This document shows positions 33,509 through 43,630 of a DNA stretch of 59,936 nt, piece by piece; within the stretch, counting starts at the first letter, position 1, and each line of letters begins with the position of its first letter. Where the stretch lies: positions 1-59,936 of IMG/VR virus record IMGVR_UViG_3300032893_000048; one strand, given 5' to 3'. The position numbers were made by a program, and so were the translations under genes. The DNA is from a virus (Duplodnaviria; Caudoviricetes). Below the pieces are notes generated by a model. The model was not told where the DNA came from. It saw only the letters and a list, made by a program, of their open reading frames with translations, and did not search any database.

Positions 33509-36212
33509 TAGTGACCAAGAGGTATCAGTAAAGGTCGCAGCTGAGGTAGGTGACCTCAACGCTGGCATGGCTTCAGCTGCTGAGGCTGTCAGTGCGTTCA
33601 CCACCTCGACCACGGCAGCCTTTGACAACCTAGCGGCTGACACCTCAGCGCAGATTGCGGAGATTACCAACAACGTTAACTCAGCTTTCGATGACCTGGG
33701 TGCCAGCTCCGCACATCTGGATGAAGTAAGTAAGAGCCTAGATGACATGGGCAACCATGCCAAGGACGGCACGGAGGAGCTCAAGGAACATGGCGAGGAG
33801 GCATCAGGGCTCTTCGGCAAGTTGAAGGTGTCGGCTGGCGAGTTCACCGAGGCGTTCAAGGAGCAACTTGAGGGGCTTAAGGGCCCCTTTGAGTTCGTGG
33901 AGGAGCACCTGAAGGCACTTGCTGCGATCCTCGCCGGTGGAGCCATCTTCAAGAAGTCCGTTGATGAGGCGGTGAACTTCACGCGTGAATCCTACAACAT
34001 GGCCCGGCAGATGGGCATCACGGCTGATCAGGCATCCGCCCTGAAGGTCGCGATCGAGGATGCCCACGTGACCACCGAGGCCTATATGTCAGCCAATATG
34101 CGGTTGACACGGCAGGTCAAGAACAACGAAGAGGCCCTCAATGCCCTGGGGCTGGTGACCCGTGATGCCAACGGCCACCTGCTCGACCAGAACACCATCA
34201 TGCTCAACGCGATCGAGTCTCTCAAGGACTACAAGGAGGGTACCGATCGCAACCTCGTGGCGCAGCAGTACTTCGGTCGCGGTGGTGCCAGCAACGCTGA
34301 CATGCTCAACATCACCAAGGAGAAGTTGGATGAGGCCCGTGAGGCGCAGGATCGCTTCAACCTGACCGTCGGTGAGGAGGCCCTGGCCAGCTTCCAGGAG
34401 TATCGCAACTCCATGCAGGATGCTCATGATGTGCTTGATGGCATCGGGGTAACGATCGGTCGAGCGGTCATGCCGGCCCTCACACAGTTTGCCAACTGGT
34501 TTGTCAGCGTCGGCCCCACCGCGATCCTGGTGGTCAAGGGCGCCATCGGCGGCTTCATGGCGGCCCTGGACGGCATCATCTTGACGGTGAACCTGATCGT
34601 TGACATTTTCAAAACCGAATTCCGTAATATCGTAGCAGCGGTGGCTGATGCCGCGGTGGCCATCAACGACCTCTTTCATGGTGATGTCGCCGGGGCCATC
34701 GCTGCCGGCAAATCGTTTGGCAGCGATATCGTCGATTCCTGGAAGCAGGGTTGGGATGAGGCCGTCAAGGATGCGGAGAAGACCCAGACCCAGCTTGCCA
34801 ACCTGTTCGGCAACCAGACCCCCATTACGCAGAAGAACGAGGGCAAGGAGTATCACAACCCCAAGGACAAGTCGAAGGCCGAGGAGGAGGGCAAGAAGGA
34901 ACTTGAGCAGCTGAAGCAGGAACTCGAGCAGAAGAAGCTGGCCACCGCCGACTTCCATCAGTGGACCCAGGCTGAGGAGGCCGCCTTCTGGCAGGAGAAC
35001 ATAAGTCGGGTGACCGCTGGCACCACCGCCCGCCTGGAGGCCGAGAACCTGGGCAACAAGGCCCGGCGGTCCATGACCGAGGAGGCCTACAAGCAGCACT
35101 TCGACGACATGAAGGCCTTCATGGAGCAGGAGCAGGAGGGCAGCCTCGAGCGCCTGCAGACCGCCGAGCTGATCGCCAAGGGGATCGGTGAAACCTACGG
35201 CGAGGACAGCAAGCAGTACGCCGCGGCTATGAAGGACCTTGAGAAGGAAGCCAAGGCCCACGTCGATTATATGGCGAAGCTGGATGAGGCGCAGGCCGTC
35301 TATGAGCGCGACCATCAGTTGGCCATGCTGGACCTTGAATCTGAGGCCATCAAGCAGCAGAAGAACCTGGATATCATTAATGCCGAGGATGAACTGCAAC
35401 GGACGATGGACGTCGAGGAGAAGAAGTTTGAGATTAAGCGTGAGTTCCTACAGAAGCAGCTTGCTGCGCAGAAGACCGGGACTATCGAGTACGCTAACAC
35501 GCTGAATGAGATCAAGAAGCTTGACGATGCCTTTGGTTTGACCGTGGTGAAGAACTCAAATGATCGCGCCAAGGCCGTCAGTGACAGCTACAAGACGCTG
35601 GTGGGTGGGGTGACCAACGCCATTCACGGGTCCGTTCAAGGCATCCTCCAGGGGACCCTGACCGTTTCGCAGGCCTTACATAACTTCACCACCGCGGTCC
35701 TGGCTTCCTTTGCGGATATGGGCGCTCAGGTGGTGGCCAAGTGGGCTGAGAAGGAGCTCACCCAGACCGCACTGACCGCGGAGGGTGAGGCCACCCGCCA
35801 GGGCATCGAGGAAGCCGGGGCCATCCAAAGCGTGGCCATCGCCGCCTGGGCAGCGGTCAAGAAGATCGCCATCTGGGCTTGGCAGGCGGCCGTGGGTGCC
35901 TACACCTGGGCCGTGGATAAGCTGGGTCCCTGGGGCGCGGCTGGGGCGGCTGCCCTGGCCCTCGCCACGGTCTATGAGATCGGTTCCCATATCGCGGGTG
36001 GCTCAGGTGGCGGTGGAGGAGGTGGCTCGGTTGCCGGAGGGGGGACGGTAACGCCTAGTGCTCAGTCAAATGCTAACCAGACTGCCACCTCATCGACCTC
36101 AAACCAGCCGATAACCAACATCTACATCCAGGGTGACGTTGTCGATTACACCCAGCTGGCGCGGAAGCTCCGGCTGCCGAACCAATACACCACCACGGTT
36201 GATGCCATATGA
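33501..36212 (+). CDS. Tape measure protein
   Basis: About 900 aa, helical and Ala-rich, after the chaperones. Confidence 0.92.
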   Translation: MSDSDQEVSVKVAAEVGDLNAGMASAAEAVSAFTTSTTAAFDNLAADTSAQIAEITNNVNSAFDDLGASSAHLDEVSKSLDDMGNHAKDGTEELKEHGEEASGLFGKLKVSAGEFTEAFKEQLEGLKGPFEFVEEHLKALAAILAGGAIFKKSVDEAVNFTRESYNMARQMGITADQASALKVAIEDAHVTTEAYMSANMRLTRQVKNNEEALNALGLVTRDANGHLLDQNTIMLNAIESLKDYKEGTDRNLVAQQYFGRGGASNADMLNITKEKLDEAREAQDRFNLTVGEEALASFQEYRNSMQDAHDVLDGIGVTIGRAVMPALTQFANWFVSVGPTAILVVKGAIGGFMAALDGIILTVNLIVDIFKTEFRNIVAAVADAAVAINDLFHGDVAGAIAAGKSFGSDIVDSWKQGWDEAVKDAEKTQTQLANLFGNQTPITQKNEGKEYHNPKDKSKAEEEGKKELEQLKQELEQKKLATADFHQWTQAEEAAFWQENISRVTAGTTARLEAENLGNKARRSMTEEAYKQHFDDMKAFMEQEQEGSLERLQTAELIAKGIGETYGEDSKQYAAAMKDLEKEAKAHVDYMAKLDEAQAVYERDHQLAMLDLESEAIKQQKNLDIINAEDELQRTMDVEEKKFEIKREFLQKQLAAQKTGTIEYANTLNEIKKLDDAFGLTVVKNSNDRAKAVSDSYKTLVGGVTNAIHGSVQGILQGTLTVSQALHNFTTAVLASFADMGAQVVAKWAEKELTQTALTAEGEATRQGIEEAGAIQSVAIAAWAAVKKIAIWAWQAAVGAYTWAVDKLGPWGAAGAAALALATVYEIGSHIAGGSGGGGGGGSVAGGGTVTPSAQSNANQTATSSTSNQPITNIYIQGDVVDYTQLARKLRLPNQYTTTVDAI

Positions 36213-37369
36213 TGAGCCGCCCGCAATTGCTGATCAGCGACCCCACCATCATGGGTGGCGTCGTTGCATCCAGCACCTTGGATGGCTACCCAGCCTCCAA
36301 TTTGGCGGACAACCGTACCACCACGTTCTGGCGGTCGGCCAATACCGCTGATCAGTATTTGACCATCTCGACGACCGCAGTCATCAACGCGATCGGGTTA
36401 GCAGGGCACAACTTTACCGGAGCGACAGTTTTGGTGCAGGTCTCTAACGACGGCTTCGTCTCCGACGTCGTGACCTGCACCACTTTTTTAGTGATGTCCA
36501 CTGACCCCGTCTTAAAAACCTTCACCTCGGTGGCTGGTAAGACTGCCTGTCGGGTGAAGATCAGTGGCCTGACCGCTGCTGCGGCGCTTGCCATCCTGGC
36601 CCTGGGCAGCTATGTGGAGTTTGACCACCCCATCGAGGATGATTACGCCCCTGCTGATCAGACGGTGAATACCTCGTTGCCAACTAATACAGGTGGGAAC
36701 AACACCTCGAATGTTGGCCAACTTGTGCAACCTCATTATTTGTTCAGTGCATTAAAGACTGACATTACGTTCCCCTTGGTAGGTGATACGTGGTGGCGTG
36801 TGGTGTTCCAACCGCTGTGGCGGTCGTGGCTTGGCTTGGGGATGCCGTTTTTCTGGAAACCATCGCCTGATATCTTCCCAGATGATTCATATCTGTACCG
36901 GGTAGACGATGGGTTCACCATCTCACCGAAGCACTGGGGTCTGGGTTATCGTCAGCTGCAGATGACCTTTGTGGGAGTAGGCAACATCCAGGATCGTGCT
37001 GTTATTGAGTTGATTCGTATCGATTCTGATACACCGTGCTCAACGGAAAACCTGTTGGTGGTTCGAGTTGACTTCAACTTGCCACTTGATAATACTAACA
37101 GGGGTCTTGTGCACGCAGATATTATGATGCGTATGGAGTCACTGAGCCCAGCTACCTCGTCGTTAATCACAATTCCAATTTCGAATGCTGCTGTGGTCGT
37201 AGGTGACATCAGAATGAATGACAGTTGGCAGCAACTAACCTCAAGCGACATGAGGATCAACTTCAGTGAAAGTCTAAAAACTTACACTGATCTGATTTTG
37301 AATAATGACTACCGGGTGGCAGATACTAGCTTCTCGTTTGTAGAACTACTTCTTCATATGGATGCGTGA
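36209..37369 (+). CDS. Distal tail-like protein with 14-aa repeat extension and C-terminal LLLHMDA strand
   Basis: Follows the tape measure; discoidin-like ASNLAD...FWRS; paralog of 40629-41453. Confidence 0.7.
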   Translation: MMSRPQLLISDPTIMGGVVASSTLDGYPASNLADNRTTTFWRSANTADQYLTISTTAVINAIGLAGHNFTGATVLVQVSNDGFVSDVVTCTTFLVMSTDPVLKTFTSVAGKTACRVKISGLTAAAALAILALGSYVEFDHPIEDDYAPADQTVNTSLPTNTGGNNTSNVGQLVQPHYLFSALKTDITFPLVGDTWWRVVFQPLWRSWLGLGMPFFWKPSPDIFPDDSYLYRVDDGFTISPKHWGLGYRQLQMTFVGVGNIQDRAVIELIRIDSDTPCSTENLLVVRVDFNLPLDNTNRGLVHADIMMRMESLSPATSSLITIPISNAAVVVGDIRMNDSWQQLTSSDMRINFSESLKTYTDLILNNDYRVADTSFSFVELLLHMDA

Positions 37370-37374
37370 TATGA
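37340..37374 (+). repeat. 35-bp direct repeat, copy 1 (30/35 identical to 38169-38203)
   Basis: gtagaactacttcttcatatggatgcgtgatatga. Confidence 0.85.
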
Positions 37375-38198
37375 CTTCGATCATGTTCGGCAGTGGCACA
37401 ATGTGGTGGTATCAGACCACTGGGCCTGATGGGTCACTACTGAATACACCTATTGCGCAAACCTTTGGTCTGCTGCAAGATGTCACCATCGACTGCTCAT
37501 TCGATGCCAAGATGATGTATGGCGGGCTTCAAAATGCGATTGACATTGGTCGCGGAAAAGGAAAGTTGACTGGTAAGGCAAAATTTGCTCAATTAAATGC
37601 TAACATTTTCAGTGCGCTTTTCTTTGGCCAATCAGCGATCGATGGGCTGCTGAACGACTACAACGACCTCAGCGTCGGTACAGCCATCCCGAGCTCGCCT
37701 TATCAGATCACCGTGTCGCCGCCGTCAAGCGGGATGTACATGAAGGACCTTGGGGTGCGATATGTCGCCTCAGGTGTCGCCCTTATGCGGACAGGTGGGA
37801 CCCCTGGTCCCAGTCAGTATTCGGTGGACGAGGGTACTGGGACCTACACATTCAACACCGGCGCAGTGGGATTGAAGATAAACATCGATTACCAGTACTC
37901 GCTTCCAGGTGGTAAGACCATTCCGTTGACCAATCAATTGATGGGCTACACCCCACAATTCGGGGTGGATTTGACATTGTCCTACCTTGGTAAGATAACC
38001 ACGCTCTGCTTCATGAATTGCCAAAGTAGCAAGTTATCACTTGCCTCGAAGTTGGATGACTACACCTTGATTGACTTTGAATTTGATATCTTGCCTACAT
38101 CAACTGGTGTGCTTTATTCAATTAGCAGTACAGATATTGGGGCTCCTGGCGAACCTAGCTTCGACCACGTAAAACTACTCCTTCATATGGACGCATAA
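37371..38198 (+). CDS. Second tail-tube paralog with C-terminal LLLHMDA strand
   Basis: Colinear similarity to 32057-32833 (FG.LQD...D.SFD.KM.YGG, RGKGK, KLS.A.KLDDY). Confidence 0.88.
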   Translation: MTSIMFGSGTMWWYQTTGPDGSLLNTPIAQTFGLLQDVTIDCSFDAKMMYGGLQNAIDIGRGKGKLTGKAKFAQLNANIFSALFFGQSAIDGLLNDYNDLSVGTAIPSSPYQITVSPPSSGMYMKDLGVRYVASGVALMRTGGTPGPSQYSVDEGTGTYTFNTGAVGLKINIDYQYSLPGGKTIPLTNQLMGYTPQFGVDLTLSYLGKITTLCFMNCQSSKLSLASKLDDYTLIDFEFDILPTSTGVLYSISSTDIGAPGEPSFDHVKLLLHMDA

Positions 38199-38203
38199 TA
38201 TGA
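38169..38203 (+). repeat. 35-bp direct repeat, copy 2
   Basis: gtaaaactactccttcatatggacgcataatatga. Confidence 0.85.
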
Positions 38204-38802
38204 GCTTTATTGATTCTTCAAGTTTTGCACGGACACCGACTATAACTGGCAGTCCAGCTATAGTTTCAGACTCAGATGCGATTGGTGGAAAATGTGGAGA
38301 ATTTTCTGGTAGTAGCCAGTACCTAACCTATACCAATACTGCTTTTCTTTTGTCTGGTCTTTTCACCATAGAGTTTCGATTAAAGGTTCTTGCCTACCCA
38401 TCTGGGTCTGAAGGGTACCCATTCGGGTTTAACGATGCGCAGGATTACTTCGTGGTAAATGGAGTAGGAACTCCTGGGCAGTGGGCATTCGTGTTTTTAG
38501 GCGGAAGCATGGGTTCCGGAAGTGATAGCAGCAAGTTTATTACACTAAATCAATTCTATGATTTTGCAATTTGTCGTGATGGCAGTAATACAATATATGT
38601 CTTCAAAGATGGTAATCTTATAATTACGCACTCTAGCAGCACCGTTCGAACAGGTACGCCATCCATGTATATCGGTTCTGCTGGGCCATCATTTGCAAGT
38701 TCTGGTGTAAATTGTCGACTGGATGAATTTCGTTTCACTCAAGGCGTATGCAGATATACAGGAAATTATACGCCACTCTCTGTGCCTTTCCCGGATTCTT
38801 AA
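38200..38802 (+). CDS. LamG/concanavalin A-like lectin domain protein lacking its first strand
   Basis: FTIEFR...AICRDG...YVFKDG...LDEFRFTQGVCRYTGNYTP..VPFPD; low GC. Confidence 0.85.
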   Translation: MSFIDSSSFARTPTITGSPAIVSDSDAIGGKCGEFSGSSQYLTYTNTAFLLSGLFTIEFRLKVLAYPSGSEGYPFGFNDAQDYFVVNGVGTPGQWAFVFLGGSMGSGSDSSKFITLNQFYDFAICRDGSNTIYVFKDGNLIITHSSSTVRTGTPSMYIGSAGPSFASSGVNCRLDEFRFTQGVCRYTGNYTPLSVPFPDS

Positions 38803-38805
38803 GCC

Positions 38806-40632
38806 ATGACAGCCGCCTACGACACTGAGTTGCAGAAGCTAAGCCGCCAGCCCTCGACGCTGGTGGTGATTTCGCTTGATCGGTGCACGCGCACCTTCGG
38901 GTCGTCGCCGTGCCTCGCCACCGGGGCGCCGTGCTACAACACCTACCAGACGTGCAAGTACAAGGCGGCCTACAATGCCACGACCCAGGACTACAAGTTC
39001 TGTTGCAACACCACCACCCAACCGCTGCCGGGTCAGATCATTCGCCCGTACCTCATCGATGAGAAGTACGTGGCCCAGGAGATCAGCCCCTCAGAGGCCC
39101 TGACCATCAACCAGCAGGTGGACCTCACCATGCTGGAGGAGGATGACGACGACATCTGGGTCGACCCCTACCGGGTGAGCGCCACGCTGCGCAGCGCCCC
39201 GGGTGGAACGCAGGCGGTGGCGGCCCAGGGTGGCTTCTGGCGGAAGCTCCGGGCTCGGTCACCCAACTATATCAACCGAATGGTGACCATCAAGCACGGG
39301 TTCATCGTCCCGGGGTTCACCGAGGACGACTACAACACGGTCTTCACCGGGGTCTTCTATAACCTTCAGTTCGCCCCGGGTGAGGCGATCGTGTCGGTGA
39401 AGGGTCTGCTGGCCCTGACGGACCAGGACTACCCGACTAAGACCGACGGTAAGTTGGACGCTGCGATGCTCACTACCGACACGTCCTTGACATTGTCCTC
39501 CGGTACAGGGACCATCAGCGACGTGATCGGTCTCACCTCCCAGTATGACACCTCAGGTTATATTGTGATCGAGGGGGAGGTGATGAGCTACACCGGGGTT
39601 TCAGTGGACCTCGGGACTGGTCAGACGACCTTGACTGGCCTGACCCGCGGGCTCTACCAGGCATATGGGTGGACCGCGGCGGCGGCTCATGGTGCCACCG
39701 CGGAGGTTCAGCAGGCGTATGTTCTAAATGGTAACCCGTTGGACCTGATGGTAGCTCTACTTGAGAGCGCGGGCATTCCCAGTGGGAACATTGATACTAC
39801 ATTATTCGCCTCCGAACGTGACCTCTGGTTCAGCAGCACACAGTTCCTAGGCATCCTTGATCAACCGGTCAAGATCAAGGACCTGCTGCAGGAGCTCCGG
39901 GCTCAGACCAACACGGTAATTTGGCAGGGCGACGACCAGCTGATCAAGGTCAAGTTCCTGGGTCCGAACCAGCCTGGCAGCAGCTATCGCCTCATCACCG
40001 ACTCGAACAACCTTGTGAGCAACACCAACGGTTCGTCACTCACGATCGATGACAACAGCATCCAGCGCATCACACGAGCTAGTATTTACTACGATATCAT
40101 TGCCACGAAGGACATCTCAGACCCGTCCAACTTCCAACACGCGGCAGTCACCCTTGACGCTGAGGCTGAATCCGCCACGCTTTACAATGATGTGAAGGTG
40201 CGGACGCCCATGTATTCCCGCTGGGTGCGCACGGCGCTGCTTGGCGACGCCTATGGGCGGCTGATTTGCCAGAAGATCGTGGCTCGCTTTCGCGATGGCA
40301 ACCGGCTGATCACCTTCACGCTTGAGCTGAAAGATGAGGGGTTGGCACTCGGGGAGATATTCCAGCTACTCTCACAGGAAATTGTAGATAAGGACGGTGC
40401 CCCGGCCCTGAGTTACTTCATGGTGACCAGCAAAGAGCGAACCGGTCTTGGGACCATCCAATACAAGGCCGCGCAGGTCTCCAATATTAGTACTCGCAGC
40501 GCCTTCATTGCGCCAAGCACAGTTTCTAGGGACTACGACACGGCGACCGATGCTGATAAGCAGTACTGTTATATTGTAAGCGGAACGTCGCTCACCTTCG
40601 ATGATGGCACAGGACCATATCTAATCTCATGA
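38806..40632 (+). CDS. Tail tip / baseplate hub protein
   Basis: 608 aa; CTRTFG.SPC.A...CYNT..TC N-terminus; LTGLTRG...AAAH insert. Confidence 0.75.
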   Translation: MTAAYDTELQKLSRQPSTLVVISLDRCTRTFGSSPCLATGAPCYNTYQTCKYKAAYNATTQDYKFCCNTTTQPLPGQIIRPYLIDEKYVAQEISPSEALTINQQVDLTMLEEDDDDIWVDPYRVSATLRSAPGGTQAVAAQGGFWRKLRARSPNYINRMVTIKHGFIVPGFTEDDYNTVFTGVFYNLQFAPGEAIVSVKGLLALTDQDYPTKTDGKLDAAMLTTDTSLTLSSGTGTISDVIGLTSQYDTSGYIVIEGEVMSYTGVSVDLGTGQTTLTGLTRGLYQAYGWTAAAAHGATAEVQQAYVLNGNPLDLMVALLESAGIPSGNIDTTLFASERDLWFSSTQFLGILDQPVKIKDLLQELRAQTNTVIWQGDDQLIKVKFLGPNQPGSSYRLITDSNNLVSNTNGSSLTIDDNSIQRITRASIYYDIIATKDISDPSNFQHAAVTLDAEAESATLYNDVKVRTPMYSRWVRTALLGDAYGRLICQKIVARFRDGNRLITFTLELKDEGLALGEIFQLLSQEIVDKDGAPALSYFMVTSKERTGLGTIQYKAAQVSNISTRSAFIAPSTVSRDYDTATDADKQYCYIVSGTSLTFDDGTGPYLIS

Positions 40633-41453
40633 TAGCCAACAGCGAAATTCTATATGATAACCGCTTCGCGGACGCCGCACCGGTGGCCAGCTCAACGGCG
40701 GCAGGGTATGACCCGCGCTTCATCGCCGACTGGCGTGCTTACACCTATTGGGCGGCGACCTCGGCTGCCGATCAGACCATCACGGTGGACTGCGGCAGCG
40801 CGGCGTCGGCCGACACCCTGGCCCTTACTAACCATAATTTAGGTGGCGCGAAGTTGCTGGTGCAGGGGTCCTCAGATGGATCAACCTTCACCACGCTTAC
40901 CGGCATTGATATCGATGCTGATGACAGTATGGTGATTTACTGCAAGGTACCGAGCAGCAGCTACCGGTACTGGCGTATCAAGTTGGAAAATTTGTCGGTT
41001 GCCCCTTACATCGGCATCCTGGCGCTTGGCGTGGCATTGGTGATGAACCGCCCGCTGCAGGACGGTGAGTTCAGCCCCGCAGATGAGGCGGCTAACAACA
41101 TCACCAGCGTCTCCCGCTACGGTGATGTGCTGGGGGTGGTGCAGCTTGTGCGGGTCCTCACCACCACGTTAAACTGGACGGTAACCGACGCCTGGTACCG
41201 CAGCACTTTTATTGAGGCATGGTCGGTGCATCTTGGACAGTGTATTCCATTTTTCTTCGCCCCGGACCGCGAGAGCAATGATGTGGTGGACTCCTATTTT
41301 ACTGAGGTCCAACTTTTGCTGCATTTTGATAATATTACGCCTAATATGATCGAGGCTTATCTTTATCGAGTCGCCTCAGGTTCCACCCTAACGGCCAAGT
41401 TCAACACCTCGTACTTCAGAGACATTGCAATGTCGGTGGAAGGCGTGCTTTAA
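40629..41453 (+). CDS. Tail protein, paralog of 36209-37369, with internal LLLHFD strand
   Basis: Shares ASST..GY, ADQ..T, HN..GA..LVQ.S.DG, ILALG, PFF, YLYRV. Confidence 0.75.
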   Translation: MIANSEILYDNRFADAAPVASSTAAGYDPRFIADWRAYTYWAATSAADQTITVDCGSAASADTLALTNHNLGGAKLLVQGSSDGSTFTTLTGIDIDADDSMVIYCKVPSSSYRYWRIKLENLSVAPYIGILALGVALVMNRPLQDGEFSPADEAANNITSVSRYGDVLGVVQLVRVLTTTLNWTVTDAWYRSTFIEAWSVHLGQCIPFFFAPDRESNDVVDSYFTEVQLLLHFDNITPNMIEAYLYRVASGSTLTAKFNTSYFRDIAMSVEGVL

Positions 41454-41463
41454 CGGAGACTAT

Positions 41464-42336
41464 ATGGCGACTGATTCTGATTTTTCATCTGGCAACCAGA
41501 TACCTGATAGCGAGATTTCAGCAAGCAAGCCCGTAGATGATATCTTGATGGCTAAGATAAAGGCTCGGGATATTGAGTTGCTGGGGAGAATGAACCCGTT
41601 TGGGGGACCTTCCGCTGTAGATGCTGGGTCAGCTATCGGACATGGTGGAAATATAACTATTTCTGCCAATACAACGTTAGGTGGAGTACATTACTATACC
41701 AACTTCACCATTACTGGTGGAGTTACGGTAACTTCCAGCGGTCCTTTAATCATCTATGCATCTGAATCTATAAATATACAAGGTGAAATCAATGCTACAG
41801 GACAGGGTGCGCCTGCTCCTGACATGCATGTAGTAACTAATCCAGAAAATGGAATTTCAGCAACCGGCGGTGGATCCGTGGACTATGCAGGAGGTGGGAT
41901 TATATATGGAAATTACTCCATCATACCCGAAGGTACTTCCCCAATCACCGAGGGTGTTTCTGCCGCTTCTAATGCTGGGTTACTAGCTGCAATACTTGCA
42001 GACCCACTATCTGCGGTTAAGCATAAAGGTGGCGCAGCTGGTGCTGGAAACTTATATGTAATTTATGCCGCAGGAAGTGCTGGCGGTGGGATAATTATAC
42101 TAATCTCTCCCATAGTAAACTTAGCAGGTGGAAGTTTACTCGCAAAAGGTGTATCGGGCAATGCTGGCGGCGGTGCTGGGACAGGAGGCGGTGGTGGCGG
42201 TTTAATTTACATCGCTACCAAAGCATATACCGCCCCTACTACGCTCAGTGTTGCTGGCGGGACTGGTGGAACTGGCAGTGCCTTTAATGGTGGAAAAGGT
42301 GGTGATGGGATAATTCAGATAAATGTTTATTCGTAA
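41464..42336 (+). CDS. Gly-rich tail fibre/spike protein
   Basis: IPDSEI....PVD N-terminus; GGGGGG motifs; low GC. Confidence 0.7.
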   Translation: MATDSDFSSGNQIPDSEISASKPVDDILMAKIKARDIELLGRMNPFGGPSAVDAGSAIGHGGNITISANTTLGGVHYYTNFTITGGVTVTSSGPLIIYASESINIQGEINATGQGAPAPDMHVVTNPENGISATGGGSVDYAGGGIIYGNYSIIPEGTSPITEGVSAASNAGLLAAILADPLSAVKHKGGAAGAGNLYVIYAAGSAGGGIIILISPIVNLAGGSLLAKGVSGNAGGGAGTGGGGGGLIYIATKAYTAPTTLSVAGGTGGTGSAFNGGKGGDGIIQINVYS

Positions 42337-42356
42337 CCTAGAAGAAAGGTGTTACC

Positions 42357-42668
42357 GTGGGTGAAAACCATGGGTATGAAGGGGAGGAGCGTCGTCACAA
42401 CCGGGTCTGCCTGAGTGACGACGACCTAAGTCAAATAATCAACGAGGCGGCTGATGCGGCGGCGAAGCGGGCCGTGGCGGAGGCCACTGAGAAGTTGAAA
42501 GCGATGTCGATCATCTCGGCTAAGGAAACCCTGGCCGAGCAGGACCGGCAGCGGTTTCAAGCGGTGGGTGCCGCGGTCATCGGTAAGCTTCACTGGGCCG
42601 TCGGCGTAATAGTCTTATATATCGCATATGTGGTGTACAATAACTGGCCCGGTGTGAAGGGCCACTAA
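42357..42668 (+). CDS. Membrane protein (holin/antiholin candidate)
   Basis: YEGEERR N-terminus and one C-terminal TM. Confidence 0.55.
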   Translation: MGENHGYEGEERRHNRVCLSDDDLSQIINEAADAAAKRAVAEATEKLKAMSIISAKETLAEQDRQRFQAVGAAVIGKLHWAVGVIVLYIAYVVYNNWPGVKGH

Positions 42669-42676
42669 AGGAGTAA

Positions 42677-42961
42677 ATGATGGAAAATCTTTCTCAGATT
42701 CGTGACCTGATGGAGTCCCGTCGCTTCAACGGGGCCTGGACGGTGATCCTGGCCGTCCTGGCGCTGCTAATGGGCGCCACGGCCCACGGCAAGGACTTCC
42801 TGGTGATGCTGATGATCGCGGGTGCCATGGAATGCTACATGGGCTACGTCCGTCGCGACCCCAATGCGAAGCTCACCTTCAAGATCACCCACCTGATGTG
42901 GTTCCTGGTCTTCGGAGCCGCACTGCTGGGTGAGCAGCACTACGGACCGCTGCTGAAATGA
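42677..42961 (+). CDS. 3-TM membrane protein (holin candidate)
   Basis: Three hydrophobic segments upstream of the endolysin. Confidence 0.55.
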   Translation: MMENLSQIRDLMESRRFNGAWTVILAVLALLMGATAHGKDFLVMLMIAGAMECYMGYVRRDPNAKLTFKITHLMWFLVFGAALLGEQHYGPLLK

Positions 42962-43179
42962 ACTGGGCGCGACGGATCAAGATCAGAATTTGTGAGGTAG
43001 GCGAGGTGGGGGTCTTCAGGACCCCGTCTGAGCTCATCAGAATCTGTCCTCATCCGTCGCCTCAATTCAACTACCTCTTCTCCAGGTATGGCAAGGACGC
43101 CCTGCTTGGGGTCTTTAACAAACGGGTAACCGAGGCTGAGATTGCCGAGATACTCCACCACGAGGGCATCACCAAATGA
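42958..43179 (+). CDS. Hypothetical protein
   Basis: ATGA-coupled on both sides. Confidence 0.6.
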   Translation: MNWARRIKIRICEVGEVGVFRTPSELIRICPHPSPQFNYLFSRYGKDALLGVFNKRVTEAEIAEILHHEGITK

Positions 43180-43619
43180 ACCTTACACCCCATTTCACCC
43201 TAGAGGAGCTGCTGCACTCGCAGACCGCCGTCCGCATGGGTATCGACAACACCCCGACCGATGGCATCGTCCAGGCCCTGACCGTCACCGCCCAGGGACT
43301 TGAGCGCATCCGGGCCCTCCTGGGGGTGCCGATGATCATCAGCAGCGGCTACCGCTGCCCCGCCTTGAATGCGGCGGAGCGTGGCGCCAGGAACTCTCAG
43401 CATATGCTGGGGCAGGCGGCGGACTTCATTGCCCCCATGGCCGGTGAGCCGATCATCGTGGCCAAGATCATCGCTGCCCACGCCCAGGACATCGGATTCG
43501 ATCAGCTGATTCAGGAGGGCACCTGGGTCCATGTGTCATTCATCGTCGGCGAGCCGCGCCGTGAGGTGCTGACCGCCCACTTCGCTAACGGCTCGGTTAC
43601 CTATAGCGAAGGTCTTTAA
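43176..43619 (+). CDS. Endolysin, peptidase M15 family
   Basis: LTPHFTLEE...ISSGYRC..LN...SQHMLGQAAD...WVHVS. Confidence 0.93.
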   Translation: MNLTPHFTLEELLHSQTAVRMGIDNTPTDGIVQALTVTAQGLERIRALLGVPMIISSGYRCPALNAAERGARNSQHMLGQAADFIAPMAGEPIIVAKIIAAHAQDIGFDQLIQEGTWVHVSFIVGEPRREVLTAHFANGSVTYSEGL

Positions 43620-43630
43620 AGGAGAAGGTC

